64,000 bases of DNA from an uncultured Candidatus Saccharibacteria bacterium. Its GTDB lineage: Bacteria; Patescibacteriota; Minisyncoccia; UBA6257; 2-01-FULL-56-20. The position numbers and the translations under genes were made by a program. The stretch covers positions 34,675 to 98,674 of the forward strand of contig CAYIOP010000001.1 in the NCBI GenBank assembly GCA_964365185.1, given 5' to 3'. The notes beneath the pieces were generated by a model. That model ran no database searches, was not told the origin of the DNA, and was given only the letters and a program-made list of their open reading frames with translations. Of the stretch, positions 45,824-56,478 are shown in pieces; the first letter of the stretch is position 1, and every line of letters starts with the position of its first letter.

Positions 45824-46866
45824 AAACCGGGATTCTGCTTAAGAGTTTCGATAAGTTCAGCTAAATTTACTTTAGCGACCGCAATTAAATGGTCGGCGGC
45901 GCCGTAGTAGATGTAGAGATTATTGTCGAAAATAGCGGTGCCGGTTGGGAAAACAACATTGCTGACATCGCCGACTTTTTCCCAAGATTCATCTGGACCA
46001 AAGAAAGGTTCTTTTAAACGGCCGAGGACTTTTTGGGGATTTTCCAAATCTAAGAGTGCGGCGCTCGCTCGATAGATGCGACCGTGATTGGTTTCTTCAA
46101 CGGAATGAAGCAGAAAAAGCCAGCCATCTTTGGTTTTGATGGGTGGGGCTCCGCCGCCGATGTGGCGGGTTTCAAACCAATATCGGTTTTCTAGCACAAC
46201 AAAATCTGGAAGATGGTTTAAATAATTCACCCAAAAATCTCTAGATTTTAATTGTTTAAAATTATCAAAATAAACAATCTGAATATCCGGCAGAATTCGG
46301 TGTAATAGAGCAAATTTTCCTCCAATTTTTTCGGGAAATAAAACCGCATCCTTTTCCCAAAGCAGGATGTCCTTGCCGCCGAATTCTTCGTAGAAGGATT
46401 CAAACATCGCGTATTGGTCTTTGAGATGCTCGGCACGCAGGATTTCGCCGACTTCATCATAAGTTAATTGGGGACTGATAATTCCATCTTTTTTCCAGTT
46501 TTTTAAGTCCGCGCTTGTGGCAAGCGCGACAACCGCGTTTTTGCCGTCGTGGGCCGTATACGTCATATAGAACGTGTTTTCGATTTTGACGATACGCGGA
46601 TCTTCTACTCCCATTACTTCATACATCGCCTCGCGTTCAATCAGAGGTTTATCGAGGCGTTCGATGACCTCGGTTGGGCCTTTGAGTTTGGCATAGCCGA
46701 TTCTGGATTTAGTATTTTCATTTGTGTCCATCTTATCTTGACCGATGGCCCGATAAAAAATATGGACGTATTCGTCGTCTTGATAAACAGCTGGATTTAA
46801 AACCGCTTTATTTTCAAAAATATTTTCCGTGGGTTTTAGAATTGGTCCGAGTTTTTCAACTTTCAT
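45820..46866 (-). CDS. GH130-like glycosidase/phosphorylase
   Basis: VLNPAV, GVEDPRI, WEKDAVLFP, IGGGAPPI, YYGAAD; start MKVEKL (ATGA overlap). Confidence 0.92.
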   Translation of the reverse strand: MKVEKLGPILKPTENIFENKAVLNPAVYQDDEYVHIFYRAIGQDKMDTNENTKSRIGYAKLKGPTEVIERLDKPLIEREAMYEVMGVEDPRIVKIENTFYMTYTAHDGKNAVVALATSADLKNWKKDGIISPQLTYDEVGEILRAEHLKDQYAMFESFYEEFGGKDILLWEKDAVLFPEKIGGKFALLHRILPDIQIVYFDNFKQLKSRDFWVNYLNHLPDFVVLENRYWFETRHIGGGAPPIKTKDGWLFLLHSVEETNHGRIYRASAALLDLENPQKVLGRLKEPFFGPDESWEKVGDVSNVVFPTGTAIFDNNLYIYYGAADHLIAVAKVNLAELIETLKQNPGL

Positions 46867-48068
46867 TGTAAATTTTGACAAAAATTATGCGCATAGAGAT
46901 ACGCGCCGGCGCTCCAGGCCTGGAAAGGCGAGGCGGAACCAGTGACTTTGCCGGTTTTGCCGCCTAGCCATTCGGCGAAGCCGAACTGTGATTTTTTGAT
47001 AGCGGCGATTTTTTTCCAATCATTACTGGTTTGTTGATTGGCCTTGGCTAAGAGTTCTAGTTCTTTTGTGGCTTTGCGGGAGTCCCCTGCCTTGGCTAAA
47101 GCGGCCACGTAAAATCCGCCGATCATTGGCCAGATGCCGCCGTTTAAGTAGTGGTAGGGTTCGCGAGCTTCGCATTCATCGAAGTACGAATGCCACGCCG
47201 TCGCTGAAGCTTTGACGCGCGAAGTATTCCCTTTTGGTTTTATAATTGGCGGGTAAATTGATTTGCAGGGAAAGGGTCGGTTGATTTTATTTTTTTCGAT
47301 GTATTGAAGGATGTTCTTGGCGATTTTGGGAGTAGCTAAGCCGCTTACAATCGCAAGGAGATTTCCCAAGGTATCGAACCACTCTTCGCTTTCGCGGGTT
47401 TTGGGACTGTGAGTTTTCCAAACCCAAGGACGATAGTAGCCGAGTTTGGTGTCATAAAGTGAAAGATATTTCTTGATTTCGCCGTTGACTACTTTTTTTA
47501 GATGAGCGGCTTGTTTATTTTTCCCGTAGAGCGTGAGCGCCCAAAAATAGAGGGCTTCGGTGTTAATCACGCGGCCGTATTTGTGGGGGAAAGCATCTTC
47601 CCAGTCCATAGTTGGCTGTTGGACTAAAAGAGTATCTTCGTTCGGATCTTGGTATTCGAGCCAGGTGAAAGCGGAGTTGATATTTTGGCGGTATTTTTTA
47701 AGCAGAGATTTATCTTTGTAGTTAGTCGCATAAGTTTGGTGACCGATTAGATACCAAAGAGTTGAATCAATGGAATTAAAAGTAACATCCGAACGGCGTT
47801 CGGTATTCCATGAGCCCACGGCGTTAGGAATCTGGCCGTGACGGGATTGGTTTTTTGAGAGTAATTCAATACTTTTCTGAAAAGGAATTTTAAATTTATC
47901 GTTGATAGTTGAGGCGCCAAGGCCAGTAATCATACTGTCGCGCGCCCAGGTGGCTTCGTAACCGCCGGGCAGACCCGAGGCATAGAAGCCGGTTTTTTTA
48001 GCGCAGTGTTCCAGGACTTTGATGGCTTTTTGGGAGGCGAGATTTACTATGATCGATTTGTTCGACAT
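46863..48068 (-). CDS. Six-hairpin glycosidase (GH100 invertase / amylo-alpha-1,6-glucosidase-like)
   Basis: TWARDS, SIDSTLWY, YLNGGIWP, FAEWL, QAWSA. Confidence 0.85.
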   Translation of the reverse strand: MSNKSIIVNLASQKAIKVLEHCAKKTGFYASGLPGGYEATWARDSMITGLGASTINDKFKIPFQKSIELLSKNQSRHGQIPNAVGSWNTERRSDVTFNSIDSTLWYLIGHQTYATNYKDKSLLKKYRQNINSAFTWLEYQDPNEDTLLVQQPTMDWEDAFPHKYGRVINTEALYFWALTLYGKNKQAAHLKKVVNGEIKKYLSLYDTKLGYYRPWVWKTHSPKTRESEEWFDTLGNLLAIVSGLATPKIAKNILQYIEKNKINRPFPCKSIYPPIIKPKGNTSRVKASATAWHSYFDECEAREPYHYLNGGIWPMIGGFYVAALAKAGDSRKATKELELLAKANQQTSNDWKKIAAIKKSQFGFAEWLGGKTGKVTGSASPFQAWSAGAYLYAHNFCQNLQ

Positions 48069-48158
48069 GCTCGAAATGTTAGAATTGTGGGTTAATTATA
48101 TCATTAAAAATAAAAATTTCTCTTTAGTAAGCCGTCAGAGTAAGAAAGATAAATAGAG

Positions 48159-48539
48159 TTACTCTGGTTTAACTCTTTTTCTATCTACTAGAATTAGTAT
48201 CCCAGCGATAATCAACATAATTTTTGGCATACTGATTAATGTTGGTGCAAGTAGACCAATACCAATTGCTATAATTGCTCCTAATTTGCGTGTCGTTTCT
48301 AGACTAATACGAAGCCAACTCCAATTAAGATCAAGTACGCCATTAATTAGAAATAATGTTATAAAACTTACTATTCCGCCCGTAAGTTCCATAAAACCTA
48401 TTACTTCCTGGTTAAAAGCAGTCAAAATTCCAGTCGTAGCATAACTAGCATCAAATATTAAAAAATACAGACCATGCAAAACTAGGAGAGTGGCGGAGAT
48501 TATTATGAGTATAAAACCTATTTTTGTAAGCTTTTCCAT
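48159..48539 (-). CDS. AT-rich 4-TM hypothetical membrane protein
   Basis: Start MEKLTK; hydrophobic; codon usage differs from neighbours. Confidence 0.75.
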   Translation of the reverse strand: MEKLTKIGFILIIISATLLVLHGLYFLIFDASYATTGILTAFNQEVIGFMELTGGIVSFITLFLINGVLDLNWSWLRISLETTRKLGAIIAIGIGLLAPTLISMPKIMLIIAGILILVDRKRVKPE

Positions 48540-48547
48540 TTTACAGT

Positions 48548-50761
48548 TCAATTTTCTTTAATTTCCTCAATCGCGAGGCGGGCTAAAAGATAAGAAATAG
48601 TGGATTCGGCGCCTTGGTTCAAATTAATCGCGTATTGGCCTACGCCGTCGTAACAGCCACCGGTCGATTCGTCATAAACCATTTGGCCTAAGTGATTTTT
48701 GCCTAAAAACCAGTTAAAGACCCGATAAGCATCATCTAGATATTCTTTCTCGCTGGTGATTTTGTGGGCAATGATTAGGGTCTCGGCCATAGTGGCGGTT
48801 TCTTCGGGTTGCTGATCAAAGTAGGCTCGCTGTTTATTTCTGAAATACCAGCCGTTTTGACCAATCGGCATAAAGTGGTCTTTTTCAAAAGTGATTTGGC
48901 GCAAAAAATCCAAAGTTTTTTTGGCGACCTCGAGATAGTTTTTATTTTTAGTTAAGTCAAAAGCATAAAATAGGGATTCCGGAAGTTTGCTATTGGAATA
49001 AGTGAGCTGATTTTCAAACCAATGCCAATTTTCGGAAGCATATTCGTTATAGGTTGCGAGTTGATAGCGGGCCAGTTTTTCAAATTCTTTTAGGAGTTTA
49101 GAGTTAGGCTGTTCTTTGAGGTAATAATAAAGTCCTGTCATGGCAAAGCCGATTGCGCGTGGCGATTTTATCTTAGGTAAAATTTTGGTGGCTGTGATAA
49201 ATAGTTTACGGGCCAGAGTAATTGTTTCTTCGGGCAAAGAATTTTGCGCGGCGATAAACCCAAGCGCCCAGATGGCCCGGCCTTGCACGTCTTCGTCGCT
49301 TGTACCGTCTTTAACTTTTTGATATGAGACAATATTGGCAAAAGTGCCGGATGGTCGCTGGGTGAATTTGATGAAATTCAAATAGGTTTTGATTAATTTT
49401 TTTAAGTCTTCTGATGGCGCAATTAGATAACTTTTAGCGGCGACAATCAGCGCTCGAGTGTTATCGTCTAAACTGTAGCCGTAGCGTTTTTCGGGTTTGG
49501 AATACTTGGCAAAGTGCATTACCCCGAAGTCATCGGTGAGCCGCATAAGGTGGTCAAGTTTAAACTCCGGAAATTTATTATCTTCAGCTTCTAAATCAGA
49601 GAACTGTTTATAGAGTTTAAAATAAGATGTTGCCACATTGGACCAGGTCATGGGACGGGTTGATTCGTAGGCTTCACGACCCATGGCTTTAATTCGTTTT
49701 TCATCGGCTAAAAGAGTTAGAAGTGATTTGGTAATAGCTTGAGGATTGCGAGATGGAACCAAGAGACCATTTTTATCATTAATAAGGTATCGGGCGTAGG
49801 AGGTGGCGGTCGAGATTACCGGGCGGCCGCAACCTAAGGCATAAGAGAGGGTGCCGCTTACTGATTGACCTTCATCGACGGTGGGTGAAACGTAAATGTC
49901 GGTGGCTTTAAGGTGAGTGAGGAGTTCGTCGAGGTTAAGATACTTATTGTAAAACTTGACGTGATTTTCTAGGCCTAATTTTTGGGTCTCCTGTTCGAGT
50001 GAATTTCGATAGGTCTCGCCTTTATGGCGGATGATATTGGGATGAGTGGCGCCGATAATAAGATAAATTAGATTGGGGAATTTTTGAACTACTTCGGGCA
50101 GAGCTCGAATAGCATATTGAACACCTTTGTTGGGACTTAAAAAGCCAAAAGTTGAGAGCACTATTTTGTCACCTAATCCGAGTTCGGATTTAAATTTCTC
50201 AGATGCTTCAAGTGAGGTTTGGGGAATACCATGCGGGATGATAACGACTTTTGAAGCTGGCACTCGATAATCGGAAAGTAAAACATTCTTGGAGAGTTTA
50301 TTCATCACGACCAGCGCCACAGCTTTTTCTGCTATGGCCTTAACCACGCTTAAAAGTTCTTCGTCTGGATTTTCCAAAACCGAATGGAAAGTAATAATCA
50401 CCGGTTTTTCTATAACTTGAATAAATGGGATAATATAATCGCCCCAATTGCCGCCGAAGAGGCCAAATTCGTGCTGAATATTGATGATTTTGACGTCATT
50501 TCGTTCATTTAGCTCTTTGGCTAAGCTTACGTAGTAGCTGATCTCGTTAACATTTATTTCCTTTAAAATTTTCTTGCTGTTGTAGTTGTAAATGCTGGTC
50601 GGATTTTCGTTTAAGGCAATGATTCGGGATTTAACCGCGGGGTTAAATTTATTATCAAAGGCCGCGGTGATGTCTTGAGTAAAAGTGGCAATGCCGCATT
50701 CTCGGGGCGGATAAGAACTGATGTGAACAATATAGGTATTTTCCTTATCTTTTATTTTCAT
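48548..50761 (-). CDS. GT4 glycosyltransferase fused to an (alpha/alpha)6 glycosidase-like domain
   Basis: YPPRECGIATFT, IQHEFGLFGG, QSVSGTLSYA; YSLDDNTRAL, FDQQP, NLNQGAEST. Confidence 0.9.
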   Translation of the reverse strand: MKIKDKENTYIVHISSYPPRECGIATFTQDITAAFDNKFNPAVKSRIIALNENPTSIYNYNSKKILKEINVNEISYYVSLAKELNERNDVKIINIQHEFGLFGGNWGDYIIPFIQVIEKPVIITFHSVLENPDEELLSVVKAIAEKAVALVVMNKLSKNVLLSDYRVPASKVVIIPHGIPQTSLEASEKFKSELGLGDKIVLSTFGFLSPNKGVQYAIRALPEVVQKFPNLIYLIIGATHPNIIRHKGETYRNSLEQETQKLGLENHVKFYNKYLNLDELLTHLKATDIYVSPTVDEGQSVSGTLSYALGCGRPVISTATSYARYLINDKNGLLVPSRNPQAITKSLLTLLADEKRIKAMGREAYESTRPMTWSNVATSYFKLYKQFSDLEAEDNKFPEFKLDHLMRLTDDFGVMHFAKYSKPEKRYGYSLDDNTRALIVAAKSYLIAPSEDLKKLIKTYLNFIKFTQRPSGTFANIVSYQKVKDGTSDEDVQGRAIWALGFIAAQNSLPEETITLARKLFITATKILPKIKSPRAIGFAMTGLYYYLKEQPNSKLLKEFEKLARYQLATYNEYASENWHWFENQLTYSNSKLPESLFYAFDLTKNKNYLEVAKKTLDFLRQITFEKDHFMPIGQNGWYFRNKQRAYFDQQPEETATMAETLIIAHKITSEKEYLDDAYRVFNWFLGKNHLGQMVYDESTGGCYDGVGQYAINLNQGAESTISYLLARLAIEEIKEN

Positions 50762-50766
50762 GGTCT

Positions 50767-51816
50767 TCAGCCAGTTCGGCTATCGCGATAATTGCGCTTA
50801 AGTTCATCTAAGAGTGGTTGGAGTTCGACTTTAGCAACGGCAATAAATTTATCGGCGGCTCCGTAGTAGATATATAAATCTTTGCCAAAAATGGCGGTGC
50901 CGGTTGGAAAGGTGACATTTGAAACGAAACCGCTTTTTTCCCAGTCCAGATCCGGAGAGAAAAGTGGATAAGTTAGTCGGCCAATAACCTTCATGGGATT
51001 TTTTTTGTCCAGTAGCGCGGCGGCGGCGTGATAAATTCTGGCTTTGTTTAATTCTTCGACCGCATGATAAATTAAAAGCCAGCCATCTTTGGTTTCAATC
51101 GGTGGCGCGCCGCCGCCAATATTTCGCGACTCAAACCAAAATTTATTTTCGAGTAAAACATATTTCGGTAAATTTTTAAGGTATTTTTTCCAAAAAGAAT
51201 TTTTTTGGATTTCTTTGAAACTTTTAAAAAAAATAATTTGGATGTCGGGAAGGATTCGGTGAATAAGAGCAAAACGGCCTTTAAATTTTTTTGGAAAAAG
51301 GAAGGCGTCTTTCTCCCAAAGATAAACTTCTTTGCCAGAGTATTCTTCATAATACGACTCGAACATAAAATATCGATCCTTCAGTTTTTCTTTGGCAAAG
51401 ATTCGACCGATCGTGTCGTATCTCATTTTGGGACTGATAATTCCCTTGCGGTCAAAATTTTTCAAATCCGAACTAGTGGCGTAAGCGCAGAGAGCGTTTT
51501 TTCCGTCGTGGGCGACGTAGGTCATATAAAAAGTGTCGCCAATTTTAACGATTCGAGGGTCTTCAACCCCTTTTTTCTCGTAGAGATGCGTGCCGGTTAG
51601 AATTGGTCGGTCCCAACGCTCCACTACTTTAGTTGGTCCATTAAGTTTGGCGTAGCCAATGCTGGAATTTAATTTTTTATCGATGGCTCGATAGAAAACG
51701 TGAACTGTTTCGCCATCTTGATAAATTCCCGGATTTAAAACCGATCGGGTTTCAAATTTATTTTCTGTTGGTGCAAGAACAATGCCCAACTTTTGGACTT
51801 TTAATTTTCCTTTCAT
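50767..51816 (-). CDS. GH130-like glycosidase/phosphorylase (close paralogue of 45820..46866)
   Basis: VLNPG, GVEDPRI, WEKDAFLFP, IGGGAPPI, YYGAAD. Confidence 0.92.
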   Translation of the reverse strand: MKGKLKVQKLGIVLAPTENKFETRSVLNPGIYQDGETVHVFYRAIDKKLNSSIGYAKLNGPTKVVERWDRPILTGTHLYEKKGVEDPRIVKIGDTFYMTYVAHDGKNALCAYATSSDLKNFDRKGIISPKMRYDTIGRIFAKEKLKDRYFMFESYYEEYSGKEVYLWEKDAFLFPKKFKGRFALIHRILPDIQIIFFKSFKEIQKNSFWKKYLKNLPKYVLLENKFWFESRNIGGGAPPIETKDGWLLIYHAVEELNKARIYHAAAALLDKKNPMKVIGRLTYPLFSPDLDWEKSGFVSNVTFPTGTAIFGKDLYIYYGAADKFIAVAKVELQPLLDELKRNYRDSRTG

Positions 51817-51948
51817 TCAGATCGCTTTTATTTTAACTCTTTCCCATGCGTTTTGAAACAGCTGAGGGTGTTGATAAGCGGTTGAGCTTGCGTCGGCGTA
51901 GCTTAGGTGATATAAAATTAGCAGATTCTTGATTAGAGGAGGCCTCGG

Positions 51949-52110
51949 ATGTTGGTTGCAGTACTCTTTGTTGCGTTGATTAGCTCCGTAGTTTCAGCGC
52001 CTAGACCCTTACTGTTGAGCATTGTCGGAATCGTAGGCTTGATTTTAGGTTTTATGATTGCATTGGCAATTTACGGCGCAGCGATCTTCCTAAGGCGTGA
52101 ATACGATTGA
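51949..52110 (+). CDS. 53-aa two-TM small protein (not in ORF track)
   Basis: GAGGAGG site; MLVAVLFVALISSVVSAPRPLLLSIVGIVGLILGFMIALAIYGAAIFLRREYD*; terminator downstream. Confidence 0.7.
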   Translation: MLVAVLFVALISSVVSAPRPLLLSIVGIVGLILGFMIALAIYGAAIFLRREYD

Positions 52111-52136
52111 TCGGTTTGTAGGCGCGCGGTTAAAAT

Positions 52137-52174
52137 AAACACCTCTTATTTATAAGGGGTGTTACTTTTTTTTA
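52137..52174 (+). terminator. Intrinsic terminator
   Basis: AACACCTCTTA-TTTA-TAAGGGGTGTT followed by a T-run. Confidence 0.75.
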
Positions 52175-52232
52175 TTCTTAGCGTTGTTATTAAAAATCAA
52201 GCCTTTATTACTGGGTCAAGATTTTTTAATCG

Positions 52233-52306
52233 TACGCCCACCAGGATTTGAACCTGGGACCATCTCCTTAAAAGGGAGCTGCTCTACCGGGCTGAGCTAT
52301 GGGCGC
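52233..52306 (-). tRNA. tRNA-Lys(UUU), CCA not encoded
   Basis: GCGCCCATAGCTCAGCCCGGTAGAGCAGCTCC-CTTTTAA-GGAGATGGTCCCAGGTTCAAATCCTGGTGGGCGTA cloverleaf. Confidence 0.95.
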
Positions 52307-52323
52307 GTACAAATCGAAGATTA

Positions 52324-53409
52324 TTATACCTGATTCTTATAATCTTCCAAGAGCTTTTTGAGTTTAGAGTCAATTTTCTTCGGGGTTTTGATGTTAAAAT
52401 CAATCAATAAGTCCCCGCGACTTGAGCTGCCAAAACGTGGCATACCCTCGTTTTTAATCTTAAGATTTTCTTTTAGATTAGTTTGAGCGGGAATTTCAAT
52501 TTTTAACTTTCCGCCAGCGATGGTTGGAATTTCAATTTTTTCGCCCAAAAGAATATCTAAGATATCGATCTCTTTTTTGATAACTAGATCATCTCCTCTG
52601 CGCTCGAAAATTGAGTGCGGCTTGATTTTGATGCGAACATAGAGGTCGCCGCTCTCGGCGCCTCGTTCGCCGGCTTCTCCGGAATTTTTAATTTGGATAA
52701 GCTGATCATTGTTAATGCCTGATAAAATTTCCACTTTAATTTCTTTTTCGGTTTGTTTACGGCCAGAGCCATTGCAAGCGGCGCAAATTTTATTCGGGAT
52801 TTGGCCGGCACCACGGCAATTTTTACAGGGTTTAACTTGGTAGAAACTTCCAAAGAAAGTTTGGCTTTGTTCCTTGATTTCGCCTTGTCCGGCACAAACT
52901 TGGCAAGTGGTAAAGCCGGATGCAGAATCCGCGCCTTGTCCTTGGCAAGCGGCACAGGTGATAAAAGTTCTAATCTTGAGATGCTTAGTTATTCCTCGAA
53001 AGGCTTCTTCGAGCGTGATTTCGACTAAAATTTCTAAGTCAGAGCCACGTTGATAAGTTTTACGTTTAGGGCGCACACCCATGCCTTCAAAAAAACTTTC
53101 AAAGATGTCGTTTAAGTCGCCGAAATCACCATAAAATCTTGAATCAAAGTCGCCAAAGTTAGACGAATTGGGCATGCCTCCGCTCCAACCGCCGCCGGGA
53201 AAGGGTTCGGCGGTACCAAAGCGGTCGTAGTTGGATCGTTTGTTTTTATCCGAAAGTATTTGATAGGCCTCGTTGATTTCTTTGAATTTTGTTTCGTTTC
53301 CGCCGGCTTTATCCGGATGATATTTATGAGCGAGTTTGCGATAGGCCTTTTTAATGTCCTCTTCGCCCGCGTTTTTTTCAACGCCTAAAATTTTGTAATA
53401 GTCCTTCAT
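52324..53409 (-). CDS. dnaJ: Chaperone DnaJ
   Basis: J-domain HPD and four CxxCxGxG repeats. Confidence 0.97.
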   Translation of the reverse strand: MKDYYKILGVEKNAGEEDIKKAYRKLAHKYHPDKAGGNETKFKEINEAYQILSDKNKRSNYDRFGTAEPFPGGGWSGGMPNSSNFGDFDSRFYGDFGDLNDIFESFFEGMGVRPKRKTYQRGSDLEILVEITLEEAFRGITKHLKIRTFITCAACQGQGADSASGFTTCQVCAGQGEIKEQSQTFFGSFYQVKPCKNCRGAGQIPNKICAACNGSGRKQTEKEIKVEILSGINNDQLIQIKNSGEAGERGAESGDLYVRIKIKPHSIFERRGDDLVIKKEIDILDILLGEKIEIPTIAGGKLKIEIPAQTNLKENLKIKNEGMPRFGSSSRGDLLIDFNIKTPKKIDSKLKKLLEDYKNQV

Positions 53410-53447
53410 GAAAAGATGGGTTAATTAGATCAGGATACGCAAAAAAT

Positions 53448-54476
53448 TTACAATGTCAAAGATTCCTTGGTTCTTGTTTCGCCGGCGACAAAAACAAAAT
53501 TGGCGGCCAGAAAAATTTGAATAATAAAGAAAATTAAGATGGAAATGATGGGTATTAAAATTAAGCCAATGCCTTTCCCTATTAAAAATAATAAAATAGC
53601 CCACGCAACCGAAAATTCCTGAAAATGCTCATCTCGGATTTTTTTAGCTTTCAATTCAGTGAAATTATAGAGAACATTTTTCACTTCGTCGCCGCCAGCT
53701 AATTGGGTTTTAAGACCGAGCCAACCCTCGAATTGTTTTTTTCTCTCTTGAATCAGAGATTGTTTTAAGAGTTCTTGGGCTGGAATCGGCATTTCGTAGT
53801 AAAGAGAATTTTTCTTAATTTCATAGCGGGCTAAAGTTTCGAGTAAATTATCAATCGTTCCCTGAAATTGAATTTCAGGATAGAGTCGTTTCATGGTGCC
53901 GGCGCTCCAGTTAAATAAAGAACCGAAAGTTTCTTGGGGAATAATCTGATCGGCGTTTTGAATTTTTGGGAAATACATAAAAATTGCCACCAAAATTAGG
54001 CCAGTCATTATTTTTGTTCCAGTTACTCTTGAGACGCGGAAATAGCTGGGTTTTAAGACCTGCGAGGCCTCCCGACGGCCCTGAATTTCTCCTAAAATTA
54101 TAAAGAAGGCGGCAGACCCAACAGCTAGAAGAAGAAATTTCAACGGCAAGGTGTAGAAAAAAGCAAAGAGAGCAAAAATTTCAACTAAAATTAAAAGCGC
54201 CCGACGCCTAACGCTTTTGGTTAGGATAGTTTCAAAGCTGGAAAAAATTACCAACAAAACAAACATAATTAAAACAATCGAAAGACCAGTCAATCGATTT
54301 AGAAATAAATGATAGGTGTAGCTTAGACCGAGAGCGGAAGCGATAGTGAGGCCGTTTAAGACAATAAGTTTGTAAGCTCCGCGAGGAAGAATCCTTTTCT
54401 CTAAAGGAACTTTATTCAAGAAATTTTCCGAACTAGAATTAATTCGGAAGTCCTCCTGCTTTATTTCGTTGGCCAT
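53448..54476 (-). CDS. Hypothetical multi-pass membrane protein inside the heat-shock operon
   Basis: 342 aa, at least 6 TM segments. Confidence 0.82.
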   Translation of the reverse strand: MANEIKQEDFRINSSSENFLNKVPLEKRILPRGAYKLIVLNGLTIASALGLSYTYHLFLNRLTGLSIVLIMFVLLVIFSSFETILTKSVRRRALLILVEIFALFAFFYTLPLKFLLLAVGSAAFFIILGEIQGRREASQVLKPSYFRVSRVTGTKIMTGLILVAIFMYFPKIQNADQIIPQETFGSLFNWSAGTMKRLYPEIQFQGTIDNLLETLARYEIKKNSLYYEMPIPAQELLKQSLIQERKKQFEGWLGLKTQLAGGDEVKNVLYNFTELKAKKIRDEHFQEFSVAWAILLFLIGKGIGLILIPIISILIFFIIQIFLAANFVFVAGETRTKESLTL

Positions 54477-54493
54477 CTTTTTGATTTAGAAGT

Positions 54494-56371
54494 TCAGGCG
54501 CCCGTGGGTTCGTCTTGATTTTTGGTGTCGTTGTTTTTATCTTCAGGCTCTTTGGGAGAATTATACAATATTTGTCCAATTTTTTGTATCTCCAGAGAAA
54601 GAGCGGCAGAGGCGTTTTTGATGTCTTCGAGATTGTCACCGGCAATTGATTTTTTTAGCGCCTCGATTTTTTCGCTGATTGACGCCTTAGTGTCGGCCGG
54701 CACTTTATCGCCTGCGTCTTTGATTGCTTTTTCGGAGGAGTAAATTAAGGTCTCAGCGTGATTTTTAGCTTCTATGAGTTCTTTTTTTTGTCCATCTTCA
54801 GCTGCGTGTTCGGCCGCCTCCTTTTTTAGTTTTTCGATTTCGTCTTTAGAAAGATTAGTGGTGGCTTCAACTTTAACGGATTGAGTTTTGCCGGTGGCTT
54901 TATCTTTAGCCGAGACGCTTAAAATACCATTGACATCAATGTCAAAAGTGACTTCAACTTGAGGAATTCCTCGCGAGGCCGGTGCAACTCCGTCTAAAAG
55001 AAAATTGGCTAAAGTTTTATTATCAGCGGCCATGGGGCGCTCACCTTGCAAGACATGAACTTCAACTGAGGTTTGATTGTCAGCTGCGGTTGAGAAAATT
55101 TGTGTTTTTGAAGTTGGGATAGTTGTATTTTTGGAGATCATCGGAGTGGCCACGCTACCTAATGTTTCAATACTTAGAGTAAGCGGAGTGACATCTAAAA
55201 GCAGAATATCTTTAACATCTCCCTGTAGTATGCCAGCTTGAATAGCGGCGCCGATGGCAACAACTTCGTCGGGATTAATGCCTTGATGGGGTTCTTTGCC
55301 AAAAAGTTTTTTAACTTTTTCTTGGAGGGCTGGCATTCGAGTTTGTCCGCCAACTAAAATTACTTCATTAATTTCGGACAGTTTAAAATCGGCGCCTTTA
55401 GGTGGAGCCGAAGTAACTGTTTCCTCGGTAAGTTTAATCGCGCGGTCAATAAATTCACTGACCAGTTCCTCGAGTTTAGCTCTCGTTAATTTAGTGGAAA
55501 AATGTTTGGGTCCGGAAGCGTCGGAAGTGATATAGGGAAGATTAATTTCGGTTTCAAGCACGGTGGAAAGTTCGTGTTTAGCTCGCTCGGCAGCTTCTTT
55601 TAGACGTTGAATGGCAAGTGGGTCTTTGGAGATATCAATCCCCTCTCTTTTTTTGTATTCCTCAACCAAATACTGGTTAATTTTTTTGTCGAGATCATCG
55701 CCGCCTAAATGTGTGTCACCGCCAGTGGCTTTAACTTCGACAGTGTCGTCGGCGATTTCCAAAACCGAGATGTCGAATGTACCGCCGCCAAAATCAAAAA
55801 CCACAATTTTTTCGTTTTTCTTTTTGTCTAATCCATAAGCTAGCGCTGCGGCCGTGGGTTCGTTGATAATGCGGCGGACAGTTAAGCCCGCAATTTCACC
55901 CGCGTTTTTAGTGGCTTGCCTTTGGGAATCATCAAAATAGGCTGGAACAGTGATAACAGCTTCGTCGATTTTTTCTCCGAGCTTAGCTTCGGCGTCAGCT
56001 TTGAGTTTGGCGAGAATCATGGCTGAAATTTCTTCGGGCTTATGCCAGCGGTCAGACATTTTTACCTCTACGCTGCCGGTGTCCGATTTTTTGAGTTCAA
56101 ACGGAGCCCAATTTTTATCTTGAGTTACTTCTGGGTCCTCAAATTTTCGGCCGATGAATCTTTTAACTGAAAAAATCGTGTTTTTAGGATTGGTGACGGA
56201 TTGTCGTTTAGCGAGCAGTCCAACTAGACGCTCATTATTTTTGCTTACCGCGACTATTGAAGGCGTGGTGCGATTGCCTTCGGTATTTTCCAAAATCTTA
56301 GCTTCTCCGCCTTGCATCACAGCCACGGCGGAGTTGGTCGTTCCTAAATCAATGCCAATTATTTTACCCAT
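54494..56371 (-). CDS. dnaK: Chaperone DnaK
   Basis: [33 protein letters not shown]. Confidence 0.98.
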   Translation of the reverse strand: MGKIIGIDLGTTNSAVAVMQGGEAKILENTEGNRTTPSIVAVSKNNERLVGLLAKRQSVTNPKNTIFSVKRFIGRKFEDPEVTQDKNWAPFELKKSDTGSVEVKMSDRWHKPEEISAMILAKLKADAEAKLGEKIDEAVITVPAYFDDSQRQATKNAGEIAGLTVRRIINEPTAAALAYGLDKKKNEKIVVFDFGGGTFDISVLEIADDTVEVKATGGDTHLGGDDLDKKINQYLVEEYKKREGIDISKDPLAIQRLKEAAERAKHELSTVLETEINLPYITSDASGPKHFSTKLTRAKLEELVSEFIDRAIKLTEETVTSAPPKGADFKLSEINEVILVGGQTRMPALQEKVKKLFGKEPHQGINPDEVVAIGAAIQAGILQGDVKDILLLDVTPLTLSIETLGSVATPMISKNTTIPTSKTQIFSTAADNQTSVEVHVLQGERPMAADNKTLANFLLDGVAPASRGIPQVEVTFDIDVNGILSVSAKDKATGKTQSVKVEATTNLSKDEIEKLKKEAAEHAAEDGQKKELIEAKNHAETLIYSSEKAIKDAGDKVPADTKASISEKIEALKKSIAGDNLEDIKNASAALSLEIQKIGQILYNSPKEPEDKNNDTKNQDEPTGA

Positions 56372-56478
56372 AATAGTTAGTTTAAAATTAAAATATCAAA
56401 ATTCAAAATGACAATGTAAAGTTTAAAGTTCCAAATTGCCTTTTTAGCTTTTTAATTTGTTATTTTTGTTGACCTTTT

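Noticed and set aside
52233-52306. tRNA-anchored genomic island covering the glycan locus
   Set aside because: No duplicated tRNA 3' end or integrase found by eye
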